NCBI GenBank assembly: GCA_050633305.1
Contig: JBOEGF010000005.1
Coordinates: forward strand, 256,001-320,000
Source: Nannocystales bacterium
GTDB taxonomy: Bacteria > Myxococcota_A > Polyangia > Nannocystales > Nannocystaceae
Direction of reading: 5' to 3'
DNA: 64,000 nucleotides
A program made the position numbers and the translations under genes. Below, piece after piece: positions 8,164-16,701 of the stretch (the stretch's first letter is position 1; each line of letters opens with the position of its first letter). The notes beneath the pieces are model-generated. The model made no database searches, was not told the origin of the DNA, and saw only the letters and a list, made by a program, of their open reading frames with translations.

Positions 8164-9389
8164 GCGTTTCGTTCCGTTCGCTGGTCGCCAGGCTGTCGGC
8201 CAGCACGCTGGTCGCCTGGGGGGTGCTGTACTACGCCTTCTCGGTCGTTTTACCCGCGATGCAACCCGACCTCGGTTGGTCCAGTGTCACCATCGCCGCC
8301 GGTCTCTCTGTTGGGCTGCTGACATCGGGGGTGCTGAGTCCGTGGGTCGGCGCAAGGATCGACGGGCTCGGCTCGCGCGGGCTCATGGCGTCGGGGGTCG
8401 TACTTGGAGCCGGGGGCTTGCTGGTGTGGAGCGTCGCCTCGAGCGTTGCGCTGTACCTCTCTGCTTGGGTCCTCATCGGCGCAGGCATGTCGGCGACGCT
8501 GTATGAGCCGGCATTCGCGACGCTGGTCCGCGCCGACCCTACCCGCAGCCGTACGGGGATTCTGGTCGTCTCGGTGGTGGGGGCGCTGGCAGCCACGCTC
8601 TTCCTTCCGCTCAGCGCGGCTCTGATCGACATCCTCGGTTGGCGTGATGCTCTTCGCACGCTTGCTGCGATCCTGCTGCTGACCAGCTTGCCTCTCAACC
8701 TCACGCTTCCGATCGGTCCCGCCGACCCCGTCGTCTGTGCGTCGTCGAAGTCTGTGCCGTGGGAGCAGAGAGCAATCAGCACCGCCCGGTCCTCAAACCC
8801 GCTTCGGGCAATCACTGGGGCGTTCATGCTCGCCAACGCGGCATCGGTCGCTTTCGGCGCGCACCTTGTCGTGTTCTTGGTGGCCCAGGGACAGACCGCC
8901 CACGCCGCAGCGTGGATCGCCGGATCCGCTGGATTCGCGAAGATCGCGGGGCGTCTAGCGAGCGCAGTCGTGACCCGGCGGTCCTCCTTGTCGTTGCTGC
9001 GGCTGTCGCTCGTCACGCAGGCGTTGTCGATGGTGCCCGCAATCCTGTGGCCCTCGACCGCCGCGATGTTGTTCATGGTGCTCGCGTTCGGGGCGTGCAG
9101 CGGAGCCCGCACCGTCCTCCGCCCGACCGCGGTGCTGGAACTCGTCGGCACCCAGAAGTTCGGACAGCGCAACGGCGTGGTGCAGTTGTTCTCTACGATC
9201 GCGAAGTCAGCTGCACCTGCCGGCTTTGGTCTCGTGCTGGGAGGCGCAGGCCTCTCGGTCGCGTGGGGGGTGCTCGTGGGGCTGATGTTGATCAGCGCGT
9301 TGATCCTCCCCCGCGAGACCTCCGGCTCTGCCGACCCCCGCGAGACCTCCGGACCCGCCGACGCTGCTAGGGCAGGGCTTTCGCGCTGA
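8154..9389 (+). CDS. MFS efflux transporter, ArsK-like
   Basis: About 12 TM segments; WGVLYYAF and LYEPAFA motifs; overlaps the flavoprotein stop. Confidence 0.8.
   Translation: MLLSVSFRSLVARLSASTLVAWGVLYYAFSVVLPAMQPDLGWSSVTIAAGLSVGLLTSGVLSPWVGARIDGLGSRGLMASGVVLGAGGLLVWSVASSVALYLSAWVLIGAGMSATLYEPAFATLVRADPTRSRTGILVVSVVGALAATLFLPLSAALIDILGWRDALRTLAAILLLTSLPLNLTLPIGPADPVVCASSKSVPWEQRAISTARSSNPLRAITGAFMLANAASVAFGAHLVVFLVAQGQTAHAAAWIAGSAGFAKIAGRLASAVVTRRSSLSLLRLSLVTQALSMVPAILWPSTAAMLFMVLAFGACSGARTVLRPTAVLELVGTQKFGQRNGVVQLFSTIAKSAAPAGFGLVLGGAGLSVAWGVLVGLMLISALILPRETSGSADPRETSGPADAARAGLSR
9308..9361 (+). repeat. 27-bp tandem duplication in the MFS 3' end
   Basis: CCCCCGCGAGACCTCCGG recurs at 9308 and 9335, giving PRETSGSAD/PRETSGPAD. 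Confidence 0.8.
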
Positions 9390-10950
9390 GCACGTCGTGG
9401 TCGTCGAACCCGGCCATCATGGCGTCGACCATACCCATCCCGACCCGGACATAGCCGCGGCGGGTGAAGTGAATGTGGTCGGCCTTGGCCATGGGAGGCG
9501 TCGCGGCGGCCCACTGGGTCATGCTCATCTCGCCCCCCATGAACTCGCGCAGATCCCAGAACGCGCAACCCATCTCCAAGGCGATCTCGCGCTGTGCCCG
9601 GAGGATGTACGACGTGCTCTCGCGGGGGCCGTACACGCCGTCCTCGCCCTTCTTGGGGAAGTCGCCGGGGCCGACGAGCAGGCATGCGGCCTGCGGAGCG
9701 GCTTCTTTGAGTCGGGTGAGCACGCCGGTGAGGCGCTCGCGATACGCCGACTCGGAGATGCCGCTGTTGGCTTCGTTGGTGCCGTATGCCAGCGTGATCA
9801 GGTCGGGGTTGCGACGCCGGACGTTGTCGTACCAGACCTCCGGTGCCCACCGCAGCATGTTGGATGCACGCGTGCCGCCGATGCCCAAGGTGTCGACAAC
9901 GACGCCGGGGGTGTCTCGTTCGACGCTCATGCCGAACAAGCGGACCTCTCCGTTGCCGATCGGTTGGACCTCGATGGTGTGCGCGCCTTCGGGAAGATCG
10001 ATGGCGAAGTACCCGGGTCCAAACGCCGCAGCCTTGGTCGAGACTCTCGCGTGGTGTGCCCCATCGACCAACACCTTGAAGCTGCCGCCCTTGGGCTGTT
10101 CGAGGTAGTGAATCTCGTAGTTGGACCCGACGCTGCCGTCTCGGTGGCTCACGCGTCCGAACGCCTTCGTTTTTGAAGCGGCCAGGCTGACGCCGATGAG
10201 ACCGTAGTAGCCGTCGTCTCGACCCTTACGGCGTTGGGCGTGCTCGGTGCGCCAGTGCTTGAAGCCCTCGGTGAGCATTTCGACGTGGCCGTACCAACGC
10301 CATGGCTTGGCCAGGTGGACGAAACCGTGGCCGCCGTCGCCGAAGCGTTCGCGCAGGTACGCGCGCAAGTAGTGGGTGTAGATGTCCGCGTCGGTATGCG
10401 AGGCGCCGTACATCAGCACCCGCACCTTGCCGTCGGGGTCGTTGCCGGCCTTGAGGGTTCGCAGTGCCGCGTAGAACGGTTCGAGCGGTCGTGCGTCCGC
10501 GTTGGCGATGGTCAGCGGTTGGTAGATGCCGAGCGCGTTTCCGTTGACATGGCGCGTTGCGACCTCCGATCCCGCGAGTCCGGAACTACCCGGCAGGCTG
10601 TCGAGGAGCGAGTCGTCCAGGGCTTCTTCGCCGGAGGCAGGCGTGAGCGCGGTCGCTTGCGGAGAGATCCACGGCACACTTTCTCCTCGGGTATCCTCAA
10701 AGAGCGCGTCCCCGAGCAGTGCCGTTTGCGCGCTGACTCGGGCTTTGCGGGCATCTTCGCCGAGCCCTGCGACCACCGGGACGGCGGTATCTGGGGCTTG
10801 TGCCGGCACGGGCGTGAGCGCTTGCGCAGGGGCGTCGTCCGCGGTTGCTGGCGTCGTAGAGACGCTTGCAGCTTCGGGCTCGGGCTTGCACCCCCCGCAT
10901 CCGAGCAGGAAGCACAGGCTGACAGCGCCCCACGTCGCAGGCTTCGACAC
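9367..10950 (-). CDS. SGNH/GDSL esterase-family lipoprotein (PatB/Ape1-like two-domain type)
   Basis: Signal peptide with Cys; SGNH blocks YGASH, LGIGG, YGTNE, DHIH. Start set at GTG 10950 because the longer ORF overlaps ogt. Confidence 0.8.
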   Translation of the reverse strand: MSKPATWGAVSLCFLLGCGGCKPEPEAASVSTTPATADDAPAQALTPVPAQAPDTAVPVVAGLGEDARKARVSAQTALLGDALFEDTRGESVPWISPQATALTPASGEEALDDSLLDSLPGSSGLAGSEVATRHVNGNALGIYQPLTIANADARPLEPFYAALRTLKAGNDPDGKVRVLMYGASHTDADIYTHYLRAYLRERFGDGGHGFVHLAKPWRWYGHVEMLTEGFKHWRTEHAQRRKGRDDGYYGLIGVSLAASKTKAFGRVSHRDGSVGSNYEIHYLEQPKGGSFKVLVDGAHHARVSTKAAAFGPGYFAIDLPEGAHTIEVQPIGNGEVRLFGMSVERDTPGVVVDTLGIGGTRASNMLRWAPEVWYDNVRRRNPDLITLAYGTNEANSGISESAYRERLTGVLTRLKEAAPQAACLLVGPGDFPKKGEDGVYGPRESTSYILRAQREIALEMGCAFWDLREFMGGEMSMTQWAAATPPMAKADHIHFTRRGYVRVGMGMVDAMMAGFDDHDVLSAKALP

Positions 10951-11040
10951 GCGATGGATGCTGCGGGCCCAAGCCGATCGGGTCAAATTCGAGGCATCCC
11001 GCTCGCGCAATTCGCTCAGAATTGGTCCAGAATGCCCGGC

Positions 11041-11613
11041 ATGCCCACTTGGCGCATCGATCGATTGGCTCACCGGGCGTTGCCCCTGGTGATCGCGCTC
11101 GATGCGGAGGATGACGCGGTTGTGTACATCAGTCTGGGCGGCCGGATGCACAACATCGTGGAACACGCGGCGCGCCATCATGCGGTGCTTGTGCTGGAGC
11201 GCCGCGCGACGACGCCGGCGCGTGTCCAGCTCCGAGAATACCTCGATGGACACCGCCAGGACTTCCAGCTGCGGACGCGAGCTTTGGGGACGACGTTTCA
11301 ACGAAAAGCCTGGTCGGCGCTGACCGACATCCCATTTGGTGAGACCCGCAGCTACGTCGCGCAGGCCAAGTCGATCGGAGTGGACGGTGGGGCGCGAGCC
11401 GTGGGGCGGGCCAACGGCGCCAACCCGATCTCGATCGTCGTCCCGTGCCACCGTGTGCTGGGAGCCTCGGGCTCGATGACCGGCTTTGGCGGGGGGGTGG
11501 ACACCAAGCGGTGGCTGCTCGCACTCGAACGAGACGGACATGTGCCGTCTTGGACACCCGCGGAACGATCCGCGCGCCGTGCATCGGTGGCACAACTAGG
11601 ACTGTTCGCGTGA
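11041..11613 (+). CDS. ogt: Methylated-DNA-protein-cysteine methyltransferase
   Basis: GTTFQRKAWSAL, IPFGETRSY, ARAVGRANGANP and the PCHRV active site. Confidence 0.93.
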   Translation: MPTWRIDRLAHRALPLVIALDAEDDAVVYISLGGRMHNIVEHAARHHAVLVLERRATTPARVQLREYLDGHRQDFQLRTRALGTTFQRKAWSALTDIPFGETRSYVAQAKSIGVDGGARAVGRANGANPISIVVPCHRVLGASGSMTGFGGGVDTKRWLLALERDGHVPSWTPAERSARRASVAQLGLFA

Positions 11614-12368
11614 AGAAGGTTCTCGAGTCTCTAGAAGCGACCGGCGCCCTCGCGGTCTTCGCCGTGGACGTGGTCCGGGCCATGTTGACCCGTCCGTTCT
11701 TCGGCGTGGAGCTGTTCCGTACCATGTGGCTGCTGGTGAAGCGCTGCCTGGTCCCGGTGGGGCTCGCGGTTGCTCCCGTGGGAGCGGTTATCTCGCTGCA
11801 GGGTCTGGAGCTGTTCCGGATGTTTGGGCTCGACCGCATGCTCAGCTCGTTGTTGGGCACGGCGATCTTTCGTGAGTACAGCCCAGCGTTGGCCTCGGTG
11901 ATGGTCGCGGCCCAGGCGGGTTCATCGATCGCAGCCCGCATCGGCACCATGCGGGTGCGTGGGCAGATCGACGCGCTCGCAGTGATGTCGGTGGACCCGA
12001 TGCGTTACGTCGTCGTCCCCGGCGTGATCGCCTGCGCCATCGTGACGCCGCTTCTCAACGTGCTCACCAACTTTTTGGGTTTGTTCAGCGGTTGGGTCTT
12101 CGCGGTGCCGTTGGGCGGCGTCGATCATGGCGCCTTCATGGAGCACCTCACCGCTCAGGTGACCCCCGCGGACCTTTGGGTTGGCCTGGGCAAGTGCCTG
12201 CTGTTCGGAACCTCGGTCGGGCTCATGGCCGGCTTCTTGGGGATGCGCGTCTCCGGTGGCGCCGAGTCGGTTGGCAAAGCTGCCAACGACACGGTCGTCG
12301 CGACCATCGTCATGATCCTGGTCGTCGACTACATCGTGTCGTACGTGTTGCTGGGGGTGGGCGTGTGA
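11610..12368 (+). CDS. mlaE: MlaE/YrbE-family ABC permease
   Basis: REYSPALASVMVAAQAGSSIAARIGTMRVRGQIDALAVMSVDP; GTGA overlap with ogt. Confidence 0.9.
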   Translation: MKKVLESLEATGALAVFAVDVVRAMLTRPFFGVELFRTMWLLVKRCLVPVGLAVAPVGAVISLQGLELFRMFGLDRMLSSLLGTAIFREYSPALASVMVAAQAGSSIAARIGTMRVRGQIDALAVMSVDPMRYVVVPGVIACAIVTPLLNVLTNFLGLFSGWVFAVPLGGVDHGAFMEHLTAQVTPADLWVGLGKCLLFGTSVGLMAGFLGMRVSGGAESVGKAANDTVVATIVMILVVDYIVSYVLLGVGV

Positions 12369-13099
12369 AGACGTTCTTCGAGTTCCTCATCTTCGCCCGG
12401 TACGCGGTCGCGGCTCAGTTCGCCGGGTTTCCCGACCGACGCATCCTGGCCCAGCAGCTCTACACGGCTGGCGTCGGCAGCATGGCGCTGCTCACCGTCC
12501 TCACGATCTTCGCGGGTCTGAACCTGTCGGTGCAGTCGTACAGCACCTTCCAGCGCTTTGGCGGCCAGGACTTCCTGGGGATGTTTGCGGGGATCGGAGG
12601 GGTTCGCGAGCTCTATCCGGTGATGGCCGCGATCATCTGCGGAGCCCGGATCGGCGCGAACTTGGCTGCGGCGCTGGCCAACATGAAGATCAGCGAGCAG
12701 GTCGAAGCGCTCGAGGTGATGTCGGTGGACCCGATGCGGCACCTCGTGGCACCACGCCTGTGGGCCGTCACGCTCGCGCTCCCCCTGTTGTGTGGCTACG
12801 CCAACGTCGTTGGCATCGCGGGCAGCTACTACGGCGCTGTGCATCAACTCGGGTTGGACGGGGGAACGTTCGTCAGCCAACTCGAGCAGTTCGTGCACTT
12901 CAGCGACCTGCTCGTCGGAGTCGGCAAAGGACTCATCTTCGGCTGGCTGGTGGCCCTGGTGGCGTGTTTCCACGGGTATCGGGCCGCGAAGAAAGAGGGC
13001 GCCGAAGGGGTCGGCATCGCGACCAACCGGGCGATCGTCCACGGCGCTGTGCTGTGCATCGTGCTCAACCTCCTGCTCAGCTGGGCCATGTACGGCTGA
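12365..13099 (+). CDS. mlaE: Second MlaE/YrbE-family ABC permease
   Basis: RELYPVMAAII...MKISEQVEALEVMSVDP...GAEGVGIATNRAIV; GTGA overlap with the first permease. Confidence 0.9.
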   Translation: MKTFFEFLIFARYAVAAQFAGFPDRRILAQQLYTAGVGSMALLTVLTIFAGLNLSVQSYSTFQRFGGQDFLGMFAGIGGVRELYPVMAAIICGARIGANLAAALANMKISEQVEALEVMSVDPMRHLVAPRLWAVTLALPLLCGYANVVGIAGSYYGAVHQLGLDGGTFVSQLEQFVHFSDLLVGVGKGLIFGWLVALVACFHGYRAAKKEGAEGVGIATNRAIVHGAVLCIVLNLLLSWAMYG

Positions 13100-13148
13100 G
13101 TTGGGTACGGCTGGGTTGGGTTCCGCGGGACGTGAAGCCTGATCGTTG

Positions 13149-13179
13149 AATCGTTGGTTCAGGTCATGGAGCAACGATT
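13149..13179. repeat. Intergenic inverted repeat (hairpin or operator)
   Basis: AATCGTTG (13149-13156) pairs with CAACGATT (13172-13179). Confidence 0.5.
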
Positions 13180-13398
13180 GGGGGAGACCTCACGGGAGAT
13201 GCCGGAACACCCTTCTGTACGTTGTTCTGGACCGGCTCGCTGGTCGGCGGAGCCAAGTCACCGCAAAACAAGTGACGAAACCGTTTGGGTGGCGTAAGGG
13301 TCTGCGGAGGGCGGCTTCATGTCGGCGCGGGGGGTCTCGACCTCCACCAGTGCAGCGCCGGGCACCGATTGCCTGCTTCGACGACTGAGGATCTCATC

Positions 13399-15579
13399 AT
13401 GAAACGACAAGTTTGGCTCACTACCTTGATCGGTTTGCTTGCTATCGGCTGTGGCGACGACGTCGCCGGCTCGTCCGACACCGACACGGACACCGAAGGT
13501 GCAAGCACCACCGGCACCGATCCCACGATGCCCACCATGGCGACGAGCAGCTCCACCGGGGTCGATCCGGACACGTCGGGCACGGACACCGATGACTCGA
13601 CTACGGGCACGGACACCGACCCCTCGACGGACACCGACCCCTCGGACACCGATGATCCGACCCAGGGTGGCGAGCCCGCCGACTTCATCGTCACGATTGA
13701 GAACATCTCGGACCAAGGCCCCGTGCCCACGCCGTTCTCTCCGGGCGTTTGGACCGAGCAGGACACCACTGTCGCCCCGATTTTCACGATCAACGCAGCG
13801 GCTTCCGAGGGCCTGATCTCGTTGGCAGAAGACGGCGACCCCGCAACGCTCGCTGCGAGCATCGACGGCACCGACGGCGTGCTCCAGTCGGGCGTCTTCG
13901 ACACTCCGGTCGACGCTGCCGACCCAGCACCGATCATGCCCGGCGAGAGCTACAGCTTCGAGTTCACCGCGCAACCCGAGTCTCGTCTCGGCCTGGCGTC
14001 CATGCTGGTGGCCAGCAACGACGTGTTCTGGGCAACCGGTCCTCAGGGCGTCTCGCTCTTCTTGGGCAACGGCGACCCCGTCGACCGCGACATCACCAAC
14101 CTTCTCAACATCTACGACGGCGGCTCCGAGGCCAACCAGCCCCTCGCCGGCGGTGGCTACCAGCCGTTCCCGAAGAGCGAGGCCAACTTTGGTCCCAGCG
14201 AAGAGGGCGTCATCAGCCAGCGGGACGAGTCGACCCACGCAATCGTCGCTGCACGTCGCCTCATGGACGTCGACGTTGAGATGTTGCTCAACAAAGACGG
14301 CACGGCGTTCCTCGGCTACGAGATCACCATTGAGAACACCTCCGGTGACACCGGCGGCACGCTCACGCCCCTGTCGCCGTTCGCATGGGCCCTGCACAAC
14401 GACACCGTCTCGCTCATCACCCCCGGAGGTGCTGCTTCGGACCTCGCTGGTCTCGAGGCGCTCGCCGAGGATGGCGATCCCGCCGCCCTCGTGGCGACCC
14501 TCGGCGGACTCGCAGGCGTTGCGGACTCGGGCGTCGCGGCTCCCGCTGGTGGCGGTGGGCTCGCACCCGGAGACACCGTGACCTTCACGGTCGTCCCGGA
14601 CGTCGGGAGCGAGTGGCTCTCGTTCGGCAGCATGGTCGTCGTGTCCAACGATGCGATCATCGCCATGCACCCGGAGGGCGTCGCTCTCCTCGCTGAGAAC
14701 GAGGACGGAGACCTCGTCCCTCGCAACGAGAGCACCATCGCCAACGACATCCTCGCCAGCATCGAGGTGTGGGACGTGGGCACCGAGGCCAACGAGACGC
14801 CGGGTGCAGGTGCAAACCAGCCCGCGATCGGAGGCCCAGATATCGGCGCCGCAGATTCGGACGCGACGATTCGTTACTACAACGATCCGACCAACGACCT
14901 GGCCACGATCTCCGACAGCCTGAACGTTCTGGTCGACACGGCCGGTGGTGACCTCGAGATCGCAATCCTCAACCAGTCGGAAGGGGACGCGTTCCAGTTC
15001 ACCTTCTCCGGCGGTGTGGCGGCACTCACCCCCGACACGGTCTCGCTGTTCGAAATGGACGCTGCGGCCTCGGCTGGCCTCGAGTCCCTCGCTGAAGACG
15101 GCGACGCATCGACTCTGATCACGGAAGTCGACGGAGCGACGGACGGTGAAGTTCTCACCGTCGATGCCATCCCCCCCGATGACCTCGAGACGGTCACCTT
15201 CACTGCACCGACCGATGCGCAGCCGGTCCTGCACTTCGCCGCGATGATCGTTCCCTCCAACGATACGTTCATTGCCACGGGTCCCGAAGGCGTCAATGTC
15301 TTCGGTGGCGACGGTAACCTGCTGTCCGACGAAGAGATCGAAGATGCCATCCTGGCCTCGCTGCAGGTCTACGACGCTGGTACGGAGCAGAACCAGGCCG
15401 GCGCCGCGGGTGCCGACATGGCTCCTCTCCAGGCTGGACCCAACACCGGTGCTTCCGAGGGCAACGGTCTGGTCCGGATCGTGACCCCGGGCGCCAACGG
15501 TGCGCTCTCGAACGAGCCTGTGTGGGAGTACCCGCAGCTCAACCAGCTGATCCGCGTGACGGTCACCCCCGCTCGCTAG
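13399..15579 (+). CDS. Lipoprotein with three tandem Spondin_N domains
   Basis: Lipobox LAIGC, a Thr/Asp-rich linker, then three repeats of (L/I)xxLAEDGD...SND...(Y/W)DxG(T/S)ExN. Confidence 0.85.
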   Translation: MKRQVWLTTLIGLLAIGCGDDVAGSSDTDTDTEGASTTGTDPTMPTMATSSSTGVDPDTSGTDTDDSTTGTDTDPSTDTDPSDTDDPTQGGEPADFIVTIENISDQGPVPTPFSPGVWTEQDTTVAPIFTINAAASEGLISLAEDGDPATLAASIDGTDGVLQSGVFDTPVDAADPAPIMPGESYSFEFTAQPESRLGLASMLVASNDVFWATGPQGVSLFLGNGDPVDRDITNLLNIYDGGSEANQPLAGGGYQPFPKSEANFGPSEEGVISQRDESTHAIVAARRLMDVDVEMLLNKDGTAFLGYEITIENTSGDTGGTLTPLSPFAWALHNDTVSLITPGGAASDLAGLEALAEDGDPAALVATLGGLAGVADSGVAAPAGGGGLAPGDTVTFTVVPDVGSEWLSFGSMVVVSNDAIIAMHPEGVALLAENEDGDLVPRNESTIANDILASIEVWDVGTEANETPGAGANQPAIGGPDIGAADSDATIRYYNDPTNDLATISDSLNVLVDTAGGDLEIAILNQSEGDAFQFTFSGGVAALTPDTVSLFEMDAAASAGLESLAEDGDASTLITEVDGATDGEVLTVDAIPPDDLETVTFTAPTDAQPVLHFAAMIVPSNDTFIATGPEGVNVFGGDGNLLSDEEIEDAILASLQVYDAGTEQNQAGAAGADMAPLQAGPNTGASEGNGLVRIVTPGANGALSNEPVWEYPQLNQLIRVTVTPAR

Positions 15580-15599
15580 TCGGTCAGACTGCTGCAACG

Positions 15600-15635
15600 A
15601 CGGCGGTGCCCACGGGGGTGCCGCCGTTTTTGTTT
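15600..15635 (+). terminator. Probable intrinsic terminator after the spondin gene
   Basis: ACGGCGG...CCGCCGT stem followed by TTTTGTTT. Confidence 0.7.
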
Positions 15636-15685
15636 CCGGATCCGTGTGGATGAAACGTTCTCGGGCTCGGGTCGTTGTCCTGTCG

Positions 15686-16252
15686 ATGAAGCACGTTCTT
15701 GCGCTGGTCGCGGGCCTGGGACTGGGCGCCTGCTCGTCATCGCCCTCGTCATCGACGACCGGACCCAAGTCGCCTGCGCCCGCGTCGGTGTCGACGACGA
15801 CGCTCTCGGTCGGGGACACCGCGCCGACGTTCTCGCTCCTCGGTCCTGGCGACTCGGCGGTCTCCTTGGCTGCTCTCACCGAGAACGGCCCGGCGGTGCT
15901 GGTGTTCTACCGCGGCGATTGGTGACCACACTGCCGTACGCAGCTCGGGCAGCTGCAAGACGCGACCTCCCAGTTCACCAACCTCAACTCCACTGTCGTC
16001 GCCATCGTGAGCGACACCAACGAGACGAACGCAGCGCTCGGAAAGCGGCTCGGCGTTACGTTTCCGATCCTTAGCGATGTGGACTTGGCCACGATCCGAG
16101 CGTACGGGGTGGAAGATGTTGGCGAGGACATCGCGCTTCCGGCGACGGTCGTCGTGAACGCGAATGGCACCGTACGGTGGGTCTACGTTGGCGACCGGCC
16201 CTCCGATCGACCGCTGGTGCCCGACGTGATACGGGTCCTCGAAGGAGGGTGA
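15686..16252 (+). CDS. Peroxiredoxin-like (AhpC/TSA family) lipoprotein, probable selenoprotein (Sec at TGA 15923-15925)
   Basis: ORFs 15644..15925 and 16007..16252 share a frame. Readthrough gives VGDTAPTFSL...VLVFYRGDW-U-PHCRTQL...FPILSD...LPATVVVNANGTVRW; lipobox LGAC. Confidence 0.85.
15935..15962 (+). promoter_or_regulatory. Putative bacterial SECIS hairpin
   Basis: GCAGCT-CGGGC-AGCTGC stem-loop (15940-15956); the G-containing loop starts about 20 nt after the UGA; short lower stem CGT/ACG. Confidence 0.6.
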
Positions 16253-16257
16253 TTCAA

Positions 16258-16596
16258 GTGAGCACCGGTCTGAGGCTCTACCACTTCGATAGCTGCTCCT
16301 ACTGTGCTCGGGTGCGCGCGGCGTTCAAGGATCTGAAGCTTGATGTCGAGCTTCAGGATATCCACCGCAACCCCGAAGCTCATGCGGAGCTTCTGGCTGC
16401 GAGGGGTCGCCAGACGGTGCCGGTTCTACATATCGAGGACGGGGATGTCTGGATGCCCGAGTCGGGAGACATCGTTCGGTACCTCTACAAGCACTTCGGA
16501 GACGGTCGCAAGCCACCGCTGTGGGCCCGGGTGAACCCCCAGTGGGTGCTCATCGGCGCGGTTGTTCTATTCGCGGTCTTCATCGCCGTGCGGTGA
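16258..16596 (+). CDS. Glutaredoxin / GST-N-like protein with C-terminal TM anchor
   Basis: CSYC active site, TVPVL cis-Pro loop, ESGDIVRYL, hydrophobic C-terminal helix. Confidence 0.85.
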   Translation: MSTGLRLYHFDSCSYCARVRAAFKDLKLDVELQDIHRNPEAHAELLAARGRQTVPVLHIEDGDVWMPESGDIVRYLYKHFGDGRKPPLWARVNPQWVLIGAVVLFAVFIAVR

Positions 16597-16701
16597 TCCC
16601 GGGCCGCCGCGAAAGGTTCCCGAGTCCACGAGGAGCCGCTGTTAGGCCCCTGAGCGCCGCTTACCCGTCGATCTGCACCGCGACGCAGTAAGATCGAGTC
16701 G

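Noticed and set aside
13470..13660. GACACCGA-type repeats as a CRISPR-like array
   Set aside because: These are coding Thr/Asp/Pro linker repeats with no constant repeat-spacer structure, and no cas genes are present.
13258..15879. 873-aa minus-strand ORF
   Set aside because: Antisense shadow of the spondin gene; high-GC codon bias leaves the reverse frame open and it shows no motifs.
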